From Bdellovibrionota bacterium (lineage in GTDB: Bacteria > Bdellovibrionota_C > UBA2361 > JAAYZI01), in assembly GCA_050950765.1 (NCBI GenBank), contig JBMNIF010000002.1, forward strand, positions 1,088,001-1,152,000: a DNA stretch of 64,000 nucleotides, given 5' to 3'. Each line of letters starts with the position of its first letter. The stretch's first letter is position 1. Shown here piece by piece: positions 12,366 to 25,886 of the stretch. A model generated the notes under the pieces. That model was not told the origin of the DNA. It ran no database searches and worked only from the letters and a program-made list of their open reading frames with translations. A program made the position numbers and the translations under genes.

Positions 12366-13052
12366 TAAGGAGAGATGCGAAGATGTATTGACGAGAGTCG
12401 ATGTATTTTTGCACGCCCTAAGATATGCAAGAGGTTCAATTTGTGAATGACGATGGAGTCAATTTACTCTGAAGTGTGAATGAAGAGATCTCTTTGATCA
12501 CCTGCTACGCGAGTTGGCACGAGAGTTTTTGTTTAGATGGTGAGAGTTACAGTTTCTATCGATATCCGTTAGGGGGTATAACAATTAGGTAAGAGTAGAA
12601 GTGGTGATACTGCGTGTTGACCTTGTGGGAGTCGATGAGTCGGCTTTAGCGAGAGTTAACAACGAGGGCGAAAACACTATCAAGGTATTTTTTCGACCTG
12701 ATTCGGAATTTTTTCGAATAGTGCTTTAAGAAAAAAGTGCTTTAGGAAAAGTACATGATTTGGAGCTGTAAAAAGTTTTTCCGAGTCGGTATTTTTTCGA
12801 CGGGTGCATAAGGAAAAAAGTACGTAAGGAAAAAAATGTCTGATAGAGTTTTTAAGAAATGTAAAAAAGTTAAATGTAAACTAAATAATTGAAAGCCTGT
12901 TTATATGTTTTTTTTAGAACGTATGAACGGAGAAAGATTTCATTGAACCAATAGTAGAGTTTTTGCCGTTAATTATTTAGCGGTGAAGATTATGAATTTT
13001 CTCGAGCGCGACGAGTTCAGAGTAATCTGGAATCGGAGCTCATAAGATATCT

Positions 13053-16175
<3,123 letters not shown>

Positions 16176-16581
16176 TTTCTTTTCTTTTTTTAATTTAATT
16201 TAAAGAGGGAAGAATGAGTAAGATAATATAATGAGCGAAGATTGGTATTATGACTGATGATACCGTGCTGTGTTAATGTTTCACCTTTTAGAGGTTGGAA
16301 CGAGAGTAGCAAACGCAGTCACGTTATCAGCAGACATGTACTGCTAATCGCGTTCGAGAAAGTTTATAATGTAATGATGCTATTGGTAATGTTATTACGA
16401 GATAGTTTATGAAAGATAGTTTATGAAATATTTTATAGGATAATTTATTTATAAGATAATTATAAGGTACGTTTCTTAAGAGAGAGTTTTTGTTTTTGTT
16501 AGCAGTATCACAACTTTTACCTTGTTGTTTATTATTAGGTTATTTAAGGGGCTAGTTAGTTAGAGGCTAATTAAGCTAGGT

Positions 16582-17046
16582 AGAAAGTCACTGCGAAAGT
16601 AAGTGCACAGGAACTAGATACGTAGAGTGTGTATTTACTTTCTTGGTGACTATAGTGGAGAGGCGTTCCCATCCCGCAGGTTGTCTGCTATGTCAACTTG
16701 GCAGAGCCAAGATTGACATGACGCGCAAGGTGTTCGGGATGAGGTTTTGGTAGTTGGCAGGTTAGTTAAGAAAGTCACTGCGAAAGTAAGTGCACAAACT
16801 AGATACATAGAGGTGTATTTACTTTCTTGGTGACTATAGTGGAGAGGCGTTCCCATCCCGCAGGTTGTCTGCTATGTCAACTTGGCAGAGGCCAAGATTG
16901 ACATGACGCGCAGGTGTTCGGGATGAGGTTTTGGTAGTTGGCAGGTTAGTAAGAAAGTCACTGCGAAAGTAAGTGCACAAACTAGATACATAGAGGTGTA
17001 TTTACTTTCATGGTGACTATAGTGGAGAGGTTCCACCCGTTCCCAT
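16582..17046 (+). repeat. About 185-bp tandem repeat (2 full copies plus 1 partial) containing 5S rRNA 5' fragments
   Basis: Units start AGAAAGTCACTGCGAAAGTAAGTGCACA at 16582, 16769 and 16952; the third runs into the real 5S. Confidence 0.9.
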
Positions 17047-17118
17047 CCCGAACACGGTCGTTAAGCTCTCCTACGCCGATGATACTGGAACTACCGGGAA
17101 AGTAGGAAATTGCCAAGA
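17008..17118 (+). rRNA. rrf: 5S rRNA
   Basis: CCCGTTCCCATCCCGAACACGG..GTTAAG..CGCCGATGATACTG..GGGAAAGTAGG..TTGCCAAGA. Confidence 0.95.
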
Positions 17119-17123
17119 TTTAT

Positions 17124-17159
17124 GGGTTTCTAAGCAGAGATGTTTAGAAACCCTTTTTT
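17124..17159 (+). terminator. Intrinsic terminator of the rRNA operon
   Basis: GGGTTTCTAAGCA-GAGA-TGTTTAGAAACCC followed by T6. Confidence 0.85.
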
Positions 17160-17204
17160 CATCTCCGTTCTTCAGGAGCTTTATCATTAGGGGGCTGTGC
17201 TTTA

Positions 17205-18338
17205 TTAAAAGTACACCATGTTCATCGCTGCTCGAACTTCATTTAATGTTTTAGCACCTTCTTCTCGAGCTTTTTCATTCCCAATTTTAAGATAATCCGC
17301 AACAGTTGTAAGATCTTTTGCAAACTCGGCACGACGTTGCCTAATAGGTTCAAGGTAGGCGTTAAGCGCATCTGTTAAGTATTGCTTAAGTTTTCCAGCC
17401 CCTCCATCACCAATTTTATCTGCAATATTTTGAGGTGTTTCATTAGAACATAACGCTGCTAGCCTAAGAAGGTTCGATACTTCAGGACGCTTTTCCGGAT
17501 CGTAAGTGATTAAACGCTCACTATCAGTCTTGGCTTTCTTAATCGCCGCTTTGGTAACGTCCGCTGTGTCTGAAATAAAGATAGCATTCCCTCTACTTTT
17601 GCTCATCTTCTGTTCACCGTCTAATCCCAAGACGACAGGAAAGTCGCTTAAAAGGGCATCTGGTGCCGGAAAAATAGGTTTTTTAGGAGAGAAGCGTTCA
17701 TTAAAACGGCGAGCGATCTTTCTTGTTACTTCAAGGTGTGGCAGTTGATCTTTTCCTACCGGCACGAGATTCGCTTTGCAAAAAAGGATATCGGCAGCTT
17801 GATGTACTGGGTATGTGTACATTGAAGCGGGAATTGTACGTAATTTAGCAGATCGGATCTCCTCCTTAACAGTAGGGTTCTTATCAAGCTCTGCAATGGA
17901 AATTAAAGGGAAAAATGATAGTAGTAACTGATTTAACTCTGGCACTTGACTGTGACAAAAAATAAAAGTCTTAGCGGTATTCGGAGTTAATCCAACAGCA
18001 AGATAGTCGAGGATCAACTCTTTGACTGTTTCAGGAAGGTTTTTAGCAGTTTCTCTATCCGTAAAAACTTGATAGTCAGCTATTAAAATAAAAGTTGTAA
18101 CCCCCATGTTCTGAATGCGGACTCTATTTTGTAACGAACCAAAAAGGTGCCCTATATGTAAAGATCCGGTCGGACGATCCCCTGTTAAAACTTTATACTT
18201 TGAAGGGGCAAGGGGTAGTTCTTTATAAATTTCGTTGCTACGTCGTTTGGCTGCTTCAAAAGTTTTTAAACTAATAACGTAGTCTTGCGCAGTATTCGTT
18301 TCTTCCTGCTGATTATTTAAACTTAACTCTTTTTCCAT
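17205..18338 (-). CDS. trpS: Tryptophan-tRNA ligase
   Basis: TGDRPTG.LHIGH, YPVHQAADIL, VPVGKDQ, KMSKS; AAGGAAGG RBS before the ATG at 18338. Confidence 0.95.
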   Translation of the reverse strand: MEKELSLNNQQEETNTAQDYVISLKTFEAAKRRSNEIYKELPLAPSKYKVLTGDRPTGSLHIGHLFGSLQNRVRIQNMGVTTFILIADYQVFTDRETAKNLPETVKELILDYLAVGLTPNTAKTFIFCHSQVPELNQLLLSFFPLISIAELDKNPTVKEEIRSAKLRTIPASMYTYPVHQAADILFCKANLVPVGKDQLPHLEVTRKIARRFNERFSPKKPIFPAPDALLSDFPVVLGLDGEQKMSKSRGNAIFISDTADVTKAAIKKAKTDSERLITYDPEKRPEVSNLLRLAALCSNETPQNIADKIGDGGAGKLKQYLTDALNAYLEPIRQRRAEFAKDLTTVADYLKIGNEKAREEGAKTLNEVRAAMNMVYF

Positions 18339-18492
18339 GACACCTTCCTTAGGTTTATCTTTCACACACACTAGAAGATAGCAAAATATAAATAAATCAG
18401 AAATTATAGTTTTCCGTGATAGCGCGATAATAATATTTTTGCAACGAGAGTTTAGTCTCTCATCCTGTTGTTAACTTGCCAAATGGTAATTA

Positions 18493-20694
18493 CTAGAATG
18501 TATAATGTTCCATAACTGCTCTTTTTGTTCCTCGATCTGGAAAAACAGCCATATATGCTAAACAAAATGGCGGAATATTTAGATACAAAACTTCATTTTC
18601 TTCCGAGAAAAACGGCTGTTTCGCGTTAGTTCCTTGATTCGAATTAAAGATCAATTCATAATATTCTTCTTTTTCATGAAAACCAGTCCAAGGGAGGTGT
18701 ACTCTATAATTTTTCTCAGTAATGTTTGCAAACGCCACAATATTAACATCTGAAGTGTTAACATCTGGTATATCTTTGAACTTCATACCGTAGAAATGAA
18801 GAACATAATCTCTTGAGTTGTGTGGGTCGAGGGGAAAGACACCAGTTCTCTGGGTGATAGATCTTGAAAATTTTACGATAGCATCAAAAGAATCTCTCCA
18901 TTCCCTACTAATATCACTGTTTAAATCACTATCCTTTATCTTTGCACATTTAAAAGTTTCGGGATTGCTTGGATCATATTCAGTTAGCGCATTATAAGTT
19001 TCCTCTGTGATTTTGCCTTCATTATAATATTCTTCTAGCTTCTCAATAGTACCGTCCCAGATGCAGTTATCTCTCGGAAAACTAGGCCCGACTTGGAGAA
19101 ATCCACGATCTTTTTCGTTGTGAACATGAGCAAAATGTAATTCGGTAAGGCGATTACGCCTTATTTCAGCCGTAACATCACTTCCATCCTTCTTAGGGAG
19201 TCGTTGCTGAAAAAACGGGAAAGGAGAGGATAGAACGCCCTCTTCATCGCCATTAAAAATAACAAAATTTCCAGGGGTAAGCATACCGATACTTAAATAT
19301 AGTCTAGCTGCTGACATGCCGATCTCTCTACCGGTCTTTTCGTCGTTGTATCCCTTAATGTATTTTTCAGTCCAAATATCAAGTAGCTCTTGAGGAAATC
19401 TTTTGTGAGGATATCTATTCCCAGGACAATCATGATTGTAGCCAAAGTGTGACTGAGGATCAAATTTCAGCAGCTCCCAAACTCTATAAGCCAGATCTAC
19501 CTTATTTGCCTCTTGAAGATACCCTTCTCTATATTCCTCGGGAATAAGAGTGGCATAAAAATGAGTAAGCCAAGAGCCGTTATCAAAACATTTATTGTGT
19601 GGGTTATTGAAATAACCTCTATCTCTGAGACCTTGCAACCTACCAGAATTAGATCCTGGCCCTTCATAGATAATTATAGTATTCGGATTGATCTCCCTGC
19701 AGCGAGAGATTAGTTCCCACACAAAGTCATCTGGCAGAAGGTGCGCAGCATCAAGTCGTAAACCATCTACATGGTAAGTTCTTATAAGGAACTCAGCATT
19801 GCGGATCATAAATTCGCGAAACCCAGGGTTATCAAAGTTGATGTTGTTACCCCAGTCGTTTTTGGTGTCTTTCAGGACATCATCACCAAAAAGGAGATCC
19901 TGACTTCTGATATCACCACTAAAGTGGTTATAAACCACGTCTAAAATAACACGTAACCCAAGTCCGTGCGCAGTATCTACTAGTGCCATCAGATCATCTG
20001 GGGTGCCATAGTTTTGAGATACCGCATAGGGGTTTGTAACTCCATCATAGCCCCAGTTAAATTCTCCTGGGTAAGGAGATAACGGTGAAAGCTTTACGGC
20101 ATCAAAACCTCTTTTACGTATATCCTTTAAGCGTTCGGTTAAGGCTTTAAATGTGCCGTCTTCCGTTCTGGTTCCAACATGGCATTGTGAAATTACTAGC
20201 TTCGATCCTTCCTCAAGCGATCCTTCCTCAAGTGATTCAAGTTTGGGGTATTTGAATTGATAAGCATCGAGATCCCTGATCTGACCATACGCCAAAGGAT
20301 CGTCATGATGTCTGACACCGTTTGGTAGATACCGTGCAGCAGGGTCAACAAATTCCGTAACTGTTCCATCCTTTTTTTTAGTCCGTAGACGGTAGAATGA
20401 GCCTACCGGAATATCAACGATATCGACAAATCCATTACCTTCATCATCTCTTGAAAGTGGGATGCAGCGTTGTTCTTCCCCTTTAGCATTAACCACAATA
20501 ACAGAGAGCTCTTCTATTTGAGGGCTTACTTTTGGATAACAAAAAATAATACGTCCATCTGGTAATACTGTTGGACCGTAAGGCATCTTGGAATCGGATA
20601 TGTTTAATGCGTTTAGTTCTTCGGAAACAGTATTATTTTGAGATGCATGGTTGGCAGCATCTTCTTTAGATACATGGTGGGCAGTAAACGACAT
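18493..20694 (-). CDS. GH13 alpha-amylase family protein, divergent TreZ-like
   Basis: NWGYDGV, LDVVYNHF, DGLRLDAAH, IIYE, NHD, PFPFF; CBM48-like N-terminus with DPAAR. Confidence 0.8.
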   Translation of the reverse strand: MSFTAHHVSKEDAANHASQNNTVSEELNALNISDSKMPYGPTVLPDGRIIFCYPKVSPQIEELSVIVVNAKGEEQRCIPLSRDDEGNGFVDIVDIPVGSFYRLRTKKKDGTVTEFVDPAARYLPNGVRHHDDPLAYGQIRDLDAYQFKYPKLESLEEGSLEEGSKLVISQCHVGTRTEDGTFKALTERLKDIRKRGFDAVKLSPLSPYPGEFNWGYDGVTNPYAVSQNYGTPDDLMALVDTAHGLGLRVILDVVYNHFSGDIRSQDLLFGDDVLKDTKNDWGNNINFDNPGFREFMIRNAEFLIRTYHVDGLRLDAAHLLPDDFVWELISRCREINPNTIIIYEGPGSNSGRLQGLRDRGYFNNPHNKCFDNGSWLTHFYATLIPEEYREGYLQEANKVDLAYRVWELLKFDPQSHFGYNHDCPGNRYPHKRFPQELLDIWTEKYIKGYNDEKTGREIGMSAARLYLSIGMLTPGNFVIFNGDEEGVLSSPFPFFQQRLPKKDGSDVTAEIRRNRLTELHFAHVHNEKDRGFLQVGPSFPRDNCIWDGTIEKLEEYYNEGKITEETYNALTEYDPSNPETFKCAKIKDSDLNSDISREWRDSFDAIVKFSRSITQRTGVFPLDPHNSRDYVLHFYGMKFKDIPDVNTSDVNIVAFANITEKNYRVHLPWTGFHEKEEYYELIFNSNQGTNAKQPFFSEENEVLYLNIPPFCLAYMAVFPDRGTKRAVMEHYTF

Positions 20695-20983
20695 AACCTG
20701 CTTTAACTACAAAAACTACACATAAAACTACACGATAAAAAATCGTATAGATCACAGCTACAAGGTGGCGTGTCTTTTTAAAAATTAAAAAATACACCTT
20801 CACCTAATAATTGCTCTCTGCTCCGTTTTATACGTTATAAAAACATATTATTCAAGCAGCTGCGCTCGTATAACATACCAGAATCGTTATTGATAGAGGT
20901 TATTGATACTTTTTATTGAATGTTTTAATTGGGTTATACAATAGTGAAAGATTAGAATAAATTTAATCCTAATAGATCTCAAA

Positions 20984-22294
20984 ATGAAAATTTTATTAGT
21001 AAATCCTCCTGTTTATGATTTTTCTGCTTACGATTTCTGGTTAAAACCTTACGGCTTGTTGCGGATCGGTGGCTACTTACGGAGTTGTGCCGAGGTGACT
21101 TTGTTCGATTTTATGGATAGACGGAGCCGTTTTTTAAGCGAATCACAAAAAATCACTGATAGAGACGCCTTCGGTAGGGGCGGATATTACTGGCAGCCTG
21201 CACAAAAGCCTCCTGAATATAAAGATGTGAAAGGTTCTTATAAACGTTTTGGAGTTCCTGAAGGTGCTTTTATTAACGTATTGCAAGGAGATAGGTTCAA
21301 TGCCGTCTTTATTACTTCTGCGATGACGTATTGGTATCTCGGGATTAAGGAGGTGATACAAAATGTAAGGAAGTATCAACCGCACGCCACTATTTTTTTA
21401 GGTGGTATTTATGCCACCCTCTGCGCTGCGCATGCAGAAAAACTTGGTGCTGATTATGTATTAAGTGGAAATCTCACAGAAGAAAAAAATCTTTCGTGCG
21501 TTAAAGATCTTTTCGGTGCAGATCTAAATTTTGCAGCGTTACCGTATTGGGAGGGGTATTCTGAATTACTTTACGGGATATTAAAACTTAATGATGGCTG
21601 CCCATTAAATTGCAGCTACTGTTCCGTTAAACAGTTTTATCCGAAGTTTTGTCATCGTGATTTAAAAAATATTTTGGAAGAGTATGATTTTTTGTTAAAA
21701 AAAGGTGCGAAAAATATAGCTTTTTATGATGATGCACTCCTAGTAGATCCTGAAAAGGTGTTCCTTCCTTTTTTGGAGAAAGCGCATGCAAAAGAACCGA
21801 ATATGCTTTTTCATGTGCCTAATGCTGTGCATGTTAATCTGATTACTGCGGAGATGTCAGCAAAACTAAAATACTTTGGGTTTAAAAAAATCTTTCTCGG
21901 GTTTGAAAGCACCTCCTTCAGGTGGCAGAAAGAGACGGGAGGGATTACAGGGAATAAGACTGATGTTGAAAATTTTAAAAAAGCGGTCTTCAACTTAAAA
22001 AATGCAGGTTTCTCCGCTAAAGATTTAACTGCTTATCTGATGGTCGGACATCCGCAGCAGTTAGAGCAAGAGATAATAGATTCTGTTGAATTCGTAGCGA
22101 GTTGTGGCATTCGTTCTATGTTAGCAGAGTTCTCGCCGATTCCAGGAACTCCCGACGGGGAAGCCTGCGCAGATATCGTTGATCTGACAGAGCCGCTCTA
22201 TCATAACAGCTCTGTTTTTCCGTTATTTTCCTTAGGGCAAGAAAAGGTGCAACGGATAAAAGATCTCGTGCGAGAGCGTAATGCCGCTTTGTAG
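20984..22294 (+). CDS. B12-binding-domain radical SAM protein
   Basis: ILLVNPP, GGIYATL, GCPLNCSYC (CX3CX2C), FYDDALL, GFES, SPIPGT. Confidence 0.9.
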   Translation: MKILLVNPPVYDFSAYDFWLKPYGLLRIGGYLRSCAEVTLFDFMDRRSRFLSESQKITDRDAFGRGGYYWQPAQKPPEYKDVKGSYKRFGVPEGAFINVLQGDRFNAVFITSAMTYWYLGIKEVIQNVRKYQPHATIFLGGIYATLCAAHAEKLGADYVLSGNLTEEKNLSCVKDLFGADLNFAALPYWEGYSELLYGILKLNDGCPLNCSYCSVKQFYPKFCHRDLKNILEEYDFLLKKGAKNIAFYDDALLVDPEKVFLPFLEKAHAKEPNMLFHVPNAVHVNLITAEMSAKLKYFGFKKIFLGFESTSFRWQKETGGITGNKTDVENFKKAVFNLKNAGFSAKDLTAYLMVGHPQQLEQEIIDSVEFVASCGIRSMLAEFSPIPGTPDGEACADIVDLTEPLYHNSSVFPLFSLGQEKVQRIKDLVRERNAAL

Positions 22295-22404
22295 CGGGTA
22301 GAATAACGGTATGTAAAGACCGCTACGAGATAATTTAAAAAATCAGGTAAGGCAGGAAGGAGGTAAAAAAGATACAAAAGAAAAGAAAGAAAGGTGAAAA
22401 AGAG

Positions 22405-22478
22405 TGGCTCCACCTGGGCTCGAACCAGGGACCCACCGGTTATGAGCCGGTTGCTCTGACCAACTGAGCTATAGAGCC
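22405..22478 (-). tRNA. tRNA with CAT anticodon, probably tRNA-Ile2 (lysidine); CCA not encoded
   Basis: GGCTCTATAGCTCAGTTGGTCAGAGCAACCGGCT-CAT-AACCGGTGGGTCCCTGGTTCGAGCCCAGGTGGAGCCA; paired G1-C72 excludes the initiator; GGCTCATAACC arm resembles Ile2. Confidence 0.9.
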
Positions 22479-22523
22479 ATTTTATTACGGCGTATCACTG
22501 CACCATATCATCACGTTCATATC

Positions 22524-22551
22524 ATTATGATAGGGCGTTATTTTAATTCAA
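22524..22551 (-). promoter_or_regulatory. Candidate sigma70 promoter for the tRNA
   Basis: TTGAAT-N16-CATAAT on the minus strand, about 45 nt upstream of the tRNA. Confidence 0.45.
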
Positions 22552-22855
22552 GCACTTTCGAAGTGACACGAATCCTTAGGTGTTTATAGTAACATCTAAA
22601 AGATGTCGTATAATAAATAATCTCCAGTAGTTGTCAAGGATAGTAGTAGCTTTTGCTGGGAAAAGTCTTGAAAATTTTAATGATTTCCATCAGGAAAAAT
22701 TAAAAAGCTAATATTGAAAAAATTGTGCTATATGCTTTTTTCAGTAAATATGGTGTAATGACAACGGTTAGATTGGTTTGTAATAGAGACAGCGGGTAGA
22801 GGACGGTTCCTGTTACTTTGTGAGAATATGAAGATATGATTATGGGTGCGATCTG

Positions 22856-23581
22856 ATGAGTACACAACTTACAGAAACGATAAAAAAATTATTGGCAATA
22901 AGTAAAATAGATTCTTCCCTAGCAGGGATTGCTGCTCAAAAGAAGGGGCTTGAAGTACAATTAAAAGAGAAAAAAGAGGCACTTAATAGTGCCTCTTTTG
23001 ATCACGGTAAAAAATTATCTGAGTTTGAAAGTAAGCGTGATACTTACGCTAAAGAGGAGAAACGTTTAAAAGAACAACAGCAGAAACTTGTTGATAGACG
23101 CAAAGCACTAATTACTCTTGGGAGTTATAAATTGCAGATGGCAGCAGAACGGGAGATAGAGGCTTCTGCCAAACAGCTAGGTGCTCAAGAGGATCTCTTA
23201 TTAAAAGGGTTAGAGTCGTTGAGTGAGTTAGAGAGTGCTGCTAATGCCGCTCAGGAATTTTACAACACCGTAAAGAAAGATTTTGACGAATTCACAAAAG
23301 AGTGCCGAGCGACACTCGAAAATATGAAAAAACGCACTGCGGAATATGCTACCGAAAAAGCTGCTCTCATTCCTGATATTGAAGCACGAGATCTGGAAAC
23401 TTATAACAGAATTGCACAGAGGTATCCTATGGATCCTATTGTACCGTTAAAACAACTTTCTTGTGGTGGTTGTTGTCTTGAGCTGGGCCCTCAAGCGATG
23501 GTTGAACTATCACGCGCAAATTCCTTAGTCCGTTGCCGTGCTTGCGGTAGAATTTTATATATGGAAGAAGGTGAAGAGTAG
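22856..23581 (+). CDS. Coiled-coil protein with a C-terminal C4 zinc ribbon (DUF164/CT398-like)
   Basis: Long coiled coil, then CGGC...CRACGRILY. Confidence 0.85.
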   Translation: MSTQLTETIKKLLAISKIDSSLAGIAAQKKGLEVQLKEKKEALNSASFDHGKKLSEFESKRDTYAKEEKRLKEQQQKLVDRRKALITLGSYKLQMAAEREIEASAKQLGAQEDLLLKGLESLSELESAANAAQEFYNTVKKDFDEFTKECRATLENMKKRTAEYATEKAALIPDIEARDLETYNRIAQRYPMDPIVPLKQLSCGGCCLELGPQAMVELSRANSLVRCRACGRILYMEEGEE

Positions 23582-23619
23582 CTAGCGCTACCCACCAGCG
23601 CTAAAGCCAGTGCAAAAAA

Positions 23620-24655
23620 CTCTAAAATTACGATATCTAATAATATCAATATATTAGCAAAAGTTCAGAATTCGGCAGTTTTGGTGCCACCCACCAAGAA
23701 CAACTGAACGGGCTGCAACTGCAAAACGAAGTAGCTAGATCTGTACGGAAAAATTTGGTGCCACCCTTCAGTTAAAGGCGGGCAAAATTTGGTGCCACCC
23801 TTCTTTTTTTACCGCTTTGACGACTTAGGGTAAAAAATTTGGTGCCACCCTTTAGTAAAAGTGGGTGTCCTAATTGGCACCTAATAATATCAATATATTA
23901 GCAGAAGCTTAGAATTCGGTAGATCTGGTGCCACCCTTCAAGGACGATCGAACGGGCTGCAATGGAAACAGATCGGTTAGGTCTGTACGGAGGTCAAAAA
24001 TCTGAAAATCTGGTGCCACCCACCAGTGACGATCGAACGGGCTGCAATGGAAACAGATCGGTTAGGTCTGTACGGAGGTCAAAAATTTGGTGCCACCCTT
24101 CTTTTTTACCGCTTTGACGACTTGGGTGACTGGTAAATTTGGGGTAGATCTGGTGCCACCCACCAGTAAGACGGGTTCTGCTGACTTTGGCAGGGCTTGG
24201 ATCTGGCTTGGATCTGGTGCCACCCTTCTTTTTTACCGCTTTGACGACTTAGGCGACTGGACGAATTTGGTGCCACCCACTAAGAACAACTGAACGGGCT
24301 GCAACTGCAAAACGAAGTAGCTAGGTCTGTACGGAGGTCAAAAATTTGGTGCCACCCACTAAGAACAACTGAACGGGCTGCAACTGCAAAACGAAGTAGC
24401 TAGGTCTGTACGGAGGTCAAAAATTTGGTGCCACCCACTAAGAACAACTGAACGGGCTGCGACTGCAAAACGAAGTAGCTAGTTTTCTACGGAGGTCAAA
24501 AATTTGGTGCCACCCACTAAGAACAACTGAACGGGCTGCAACTGCAAAACGAAGTAGCTAGATCTGTACGGAGGTAAAAAATCTGGTGCCACCCTTCAAG
24601 GACGATCGAACGGGCTGAAACACTACGGAGGTCAAAAGTGGGTGTCCTAATTGGA
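23620..24655 (-). repeat. Mosaic repeat array 1, 14 copies of core TGGTGCCACCC on the + strand
   Basis: Cores at 23682, 23756, 23790, 23840, 23926, 24011, 24088, 24151, 24215, 24268, 24347, 24426, 24505 and 24584; the last five have an exact 79-bp period; lies between convergent genes. Confidence 0.95.
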
Positions 24656-24667
24656 AATTTGGTTTTT

Positions 24668-25750
24668 TTAGCGGATAAAGAGTAAATTTATTATAAAAAG
24701 TGCGATTACACCGATTGCAGCGGGGATTATAATATCCCAAGGGATCTTGTTTTTCTGTTTTTTTCTCCGCCTTTTACCTTTCTTTGTAGTGCTATTGTCG
24801 TCAGTTACTTGCAGCGGTGTTTCTGAAACTTGCGCTTCTAACTTCTTACCCTGAACATCTTTCTGAAGTGAGGATGCGTTTTTTAAAGTCAGTGCTTTTG
24901 CCACCCCCTCTGTGCTTGGTTTAGCTGGAGCTTCATCTTGTAGTCTCAAACTCTCTATCTCAAGATCCTTTTTTTCCTCAAAATCTAGGTGCTCCTCCTC
25001 TATCTCAAAATTCTTTTTCCCCTTAAAATCTAAGTGACCATCTTCCACCAATCCAAGATCTTCTGTCTCCTCGAAACTTAAGCGATCCTCTTCCACCAAT
25101 CCAAGTTCTTCTCTCTCTTTGAAATCCAAAAGATCCTTTTCGGAGGTTGTTTCAGAAACTGTGTCTTCTGAAATTTTATCAGACTCTTCCTTAATACCCT
25201 GTTCCGCATCCAAGAACTCAAACATCAGATCTGGCTCAGTAGAAGATGGTTCTAAGCTCTTCTCAGAGATGACATCCTCTTCTATCGGTTCATTTTTTAT
25301 GGCTTCTTCTAATAATTTACTTAAATCCTCTTCTTCTAACCAATGTGATAAACACGACGTTTTTGCTTGACTCTCTACCTCTGTGTTTGGTGTGACTGGT
25401 GTTAAAGGTTCATCTTTTTCTTCTTCAAATTCAAATGAGATCTCTTCCATCTCTTCCGTTAGAAGATCTTCTTTAAGATCTTCTTGTAAATTACCAATCT
25501 CCTCATTTTGCTCAAAGTAGCGCAGGTCAGTAATGGCTCCCGCCGCATTTAATAGCGCTTGAGCTGTAAAAATCTCCGTTTCTGACTCTGATTGGATGAT
25601 TTTTGAGGGGGGAGCCTCTAAAATTTGCAAAATATTGTCAACAGATAGCCCCAAATCTGCGATAAAGACAGACTTAACCTTTCTTAAGGTGTCTGCGTCA
25701 TCGTTTTGTAGCCCTGAGAATATAAGTTCGATCTTTGTTGCGTTTGTCAT
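24668..25750 (-). CDS. Acidic hypothetical protein with a C-terminal membrane anchor
   Basis: Glu/Asp-rich middle with LGLVE/LDF repeats, a basic patch, then a hydrophobic C-terminus. Confidence 0.7.
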   Translation of the reverse strand: MTNATKIELIFSGLQNDDADTLRKVKSVFIADLGLSVDNILQILEAPPSKIIQSESETEIFTAQALLNAAGAITDLRYFEQNEEIGNLQEDLKEDLLTEEMEEISFEFEEEKDEPLTPVTPNTEVESQAKTSCLSHWLEEEDLSKLLEEAIKNEPIEEDVISEKSLEPSSTEPDLMFEFLDAEQGIKEESDKISEDTVSETTSEKDLLDFKEREELGLVEEDRLSFEETEDLGLVEDGHLDFKGKKNFEIEEEHLDFEEKKDLEIESLRLQDEAPAKPSTEGVAKALTLKNASSLQKDVQGKKLEAQVSETPLQVTDDNSTTKKGKRRRKKQKNKIPWDIIIPAAIGVIALFIINLLFIR

Positions 25751-25886
25751 AAGTAGCGTTCATTTCAATAGTATTATTGATTACTGTCGTTAGAGAGATA
25801 GATGCTAATTTTTGTCAGAGAGGTACATAAAAAAGACGGACACCTTAATATATAACTATTTTTTTGTTTAATAGGTTGCTTTTACT

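Noticed and set aside
12366..13052. tRNA-Ile/Ala in the 16S-23S spacer
   Set aside because: No cloverleaf or GTTCGA T-loop with matching stems seen; only short repeats such as GGTATTTTTTCGAC.
23582..23680. RNase P RNA or another ncRNA after the zinc-ribbon gene
   Set aside because: No rnpB signature such as GAGGAAAGTCC; the space is occupied by array 1.
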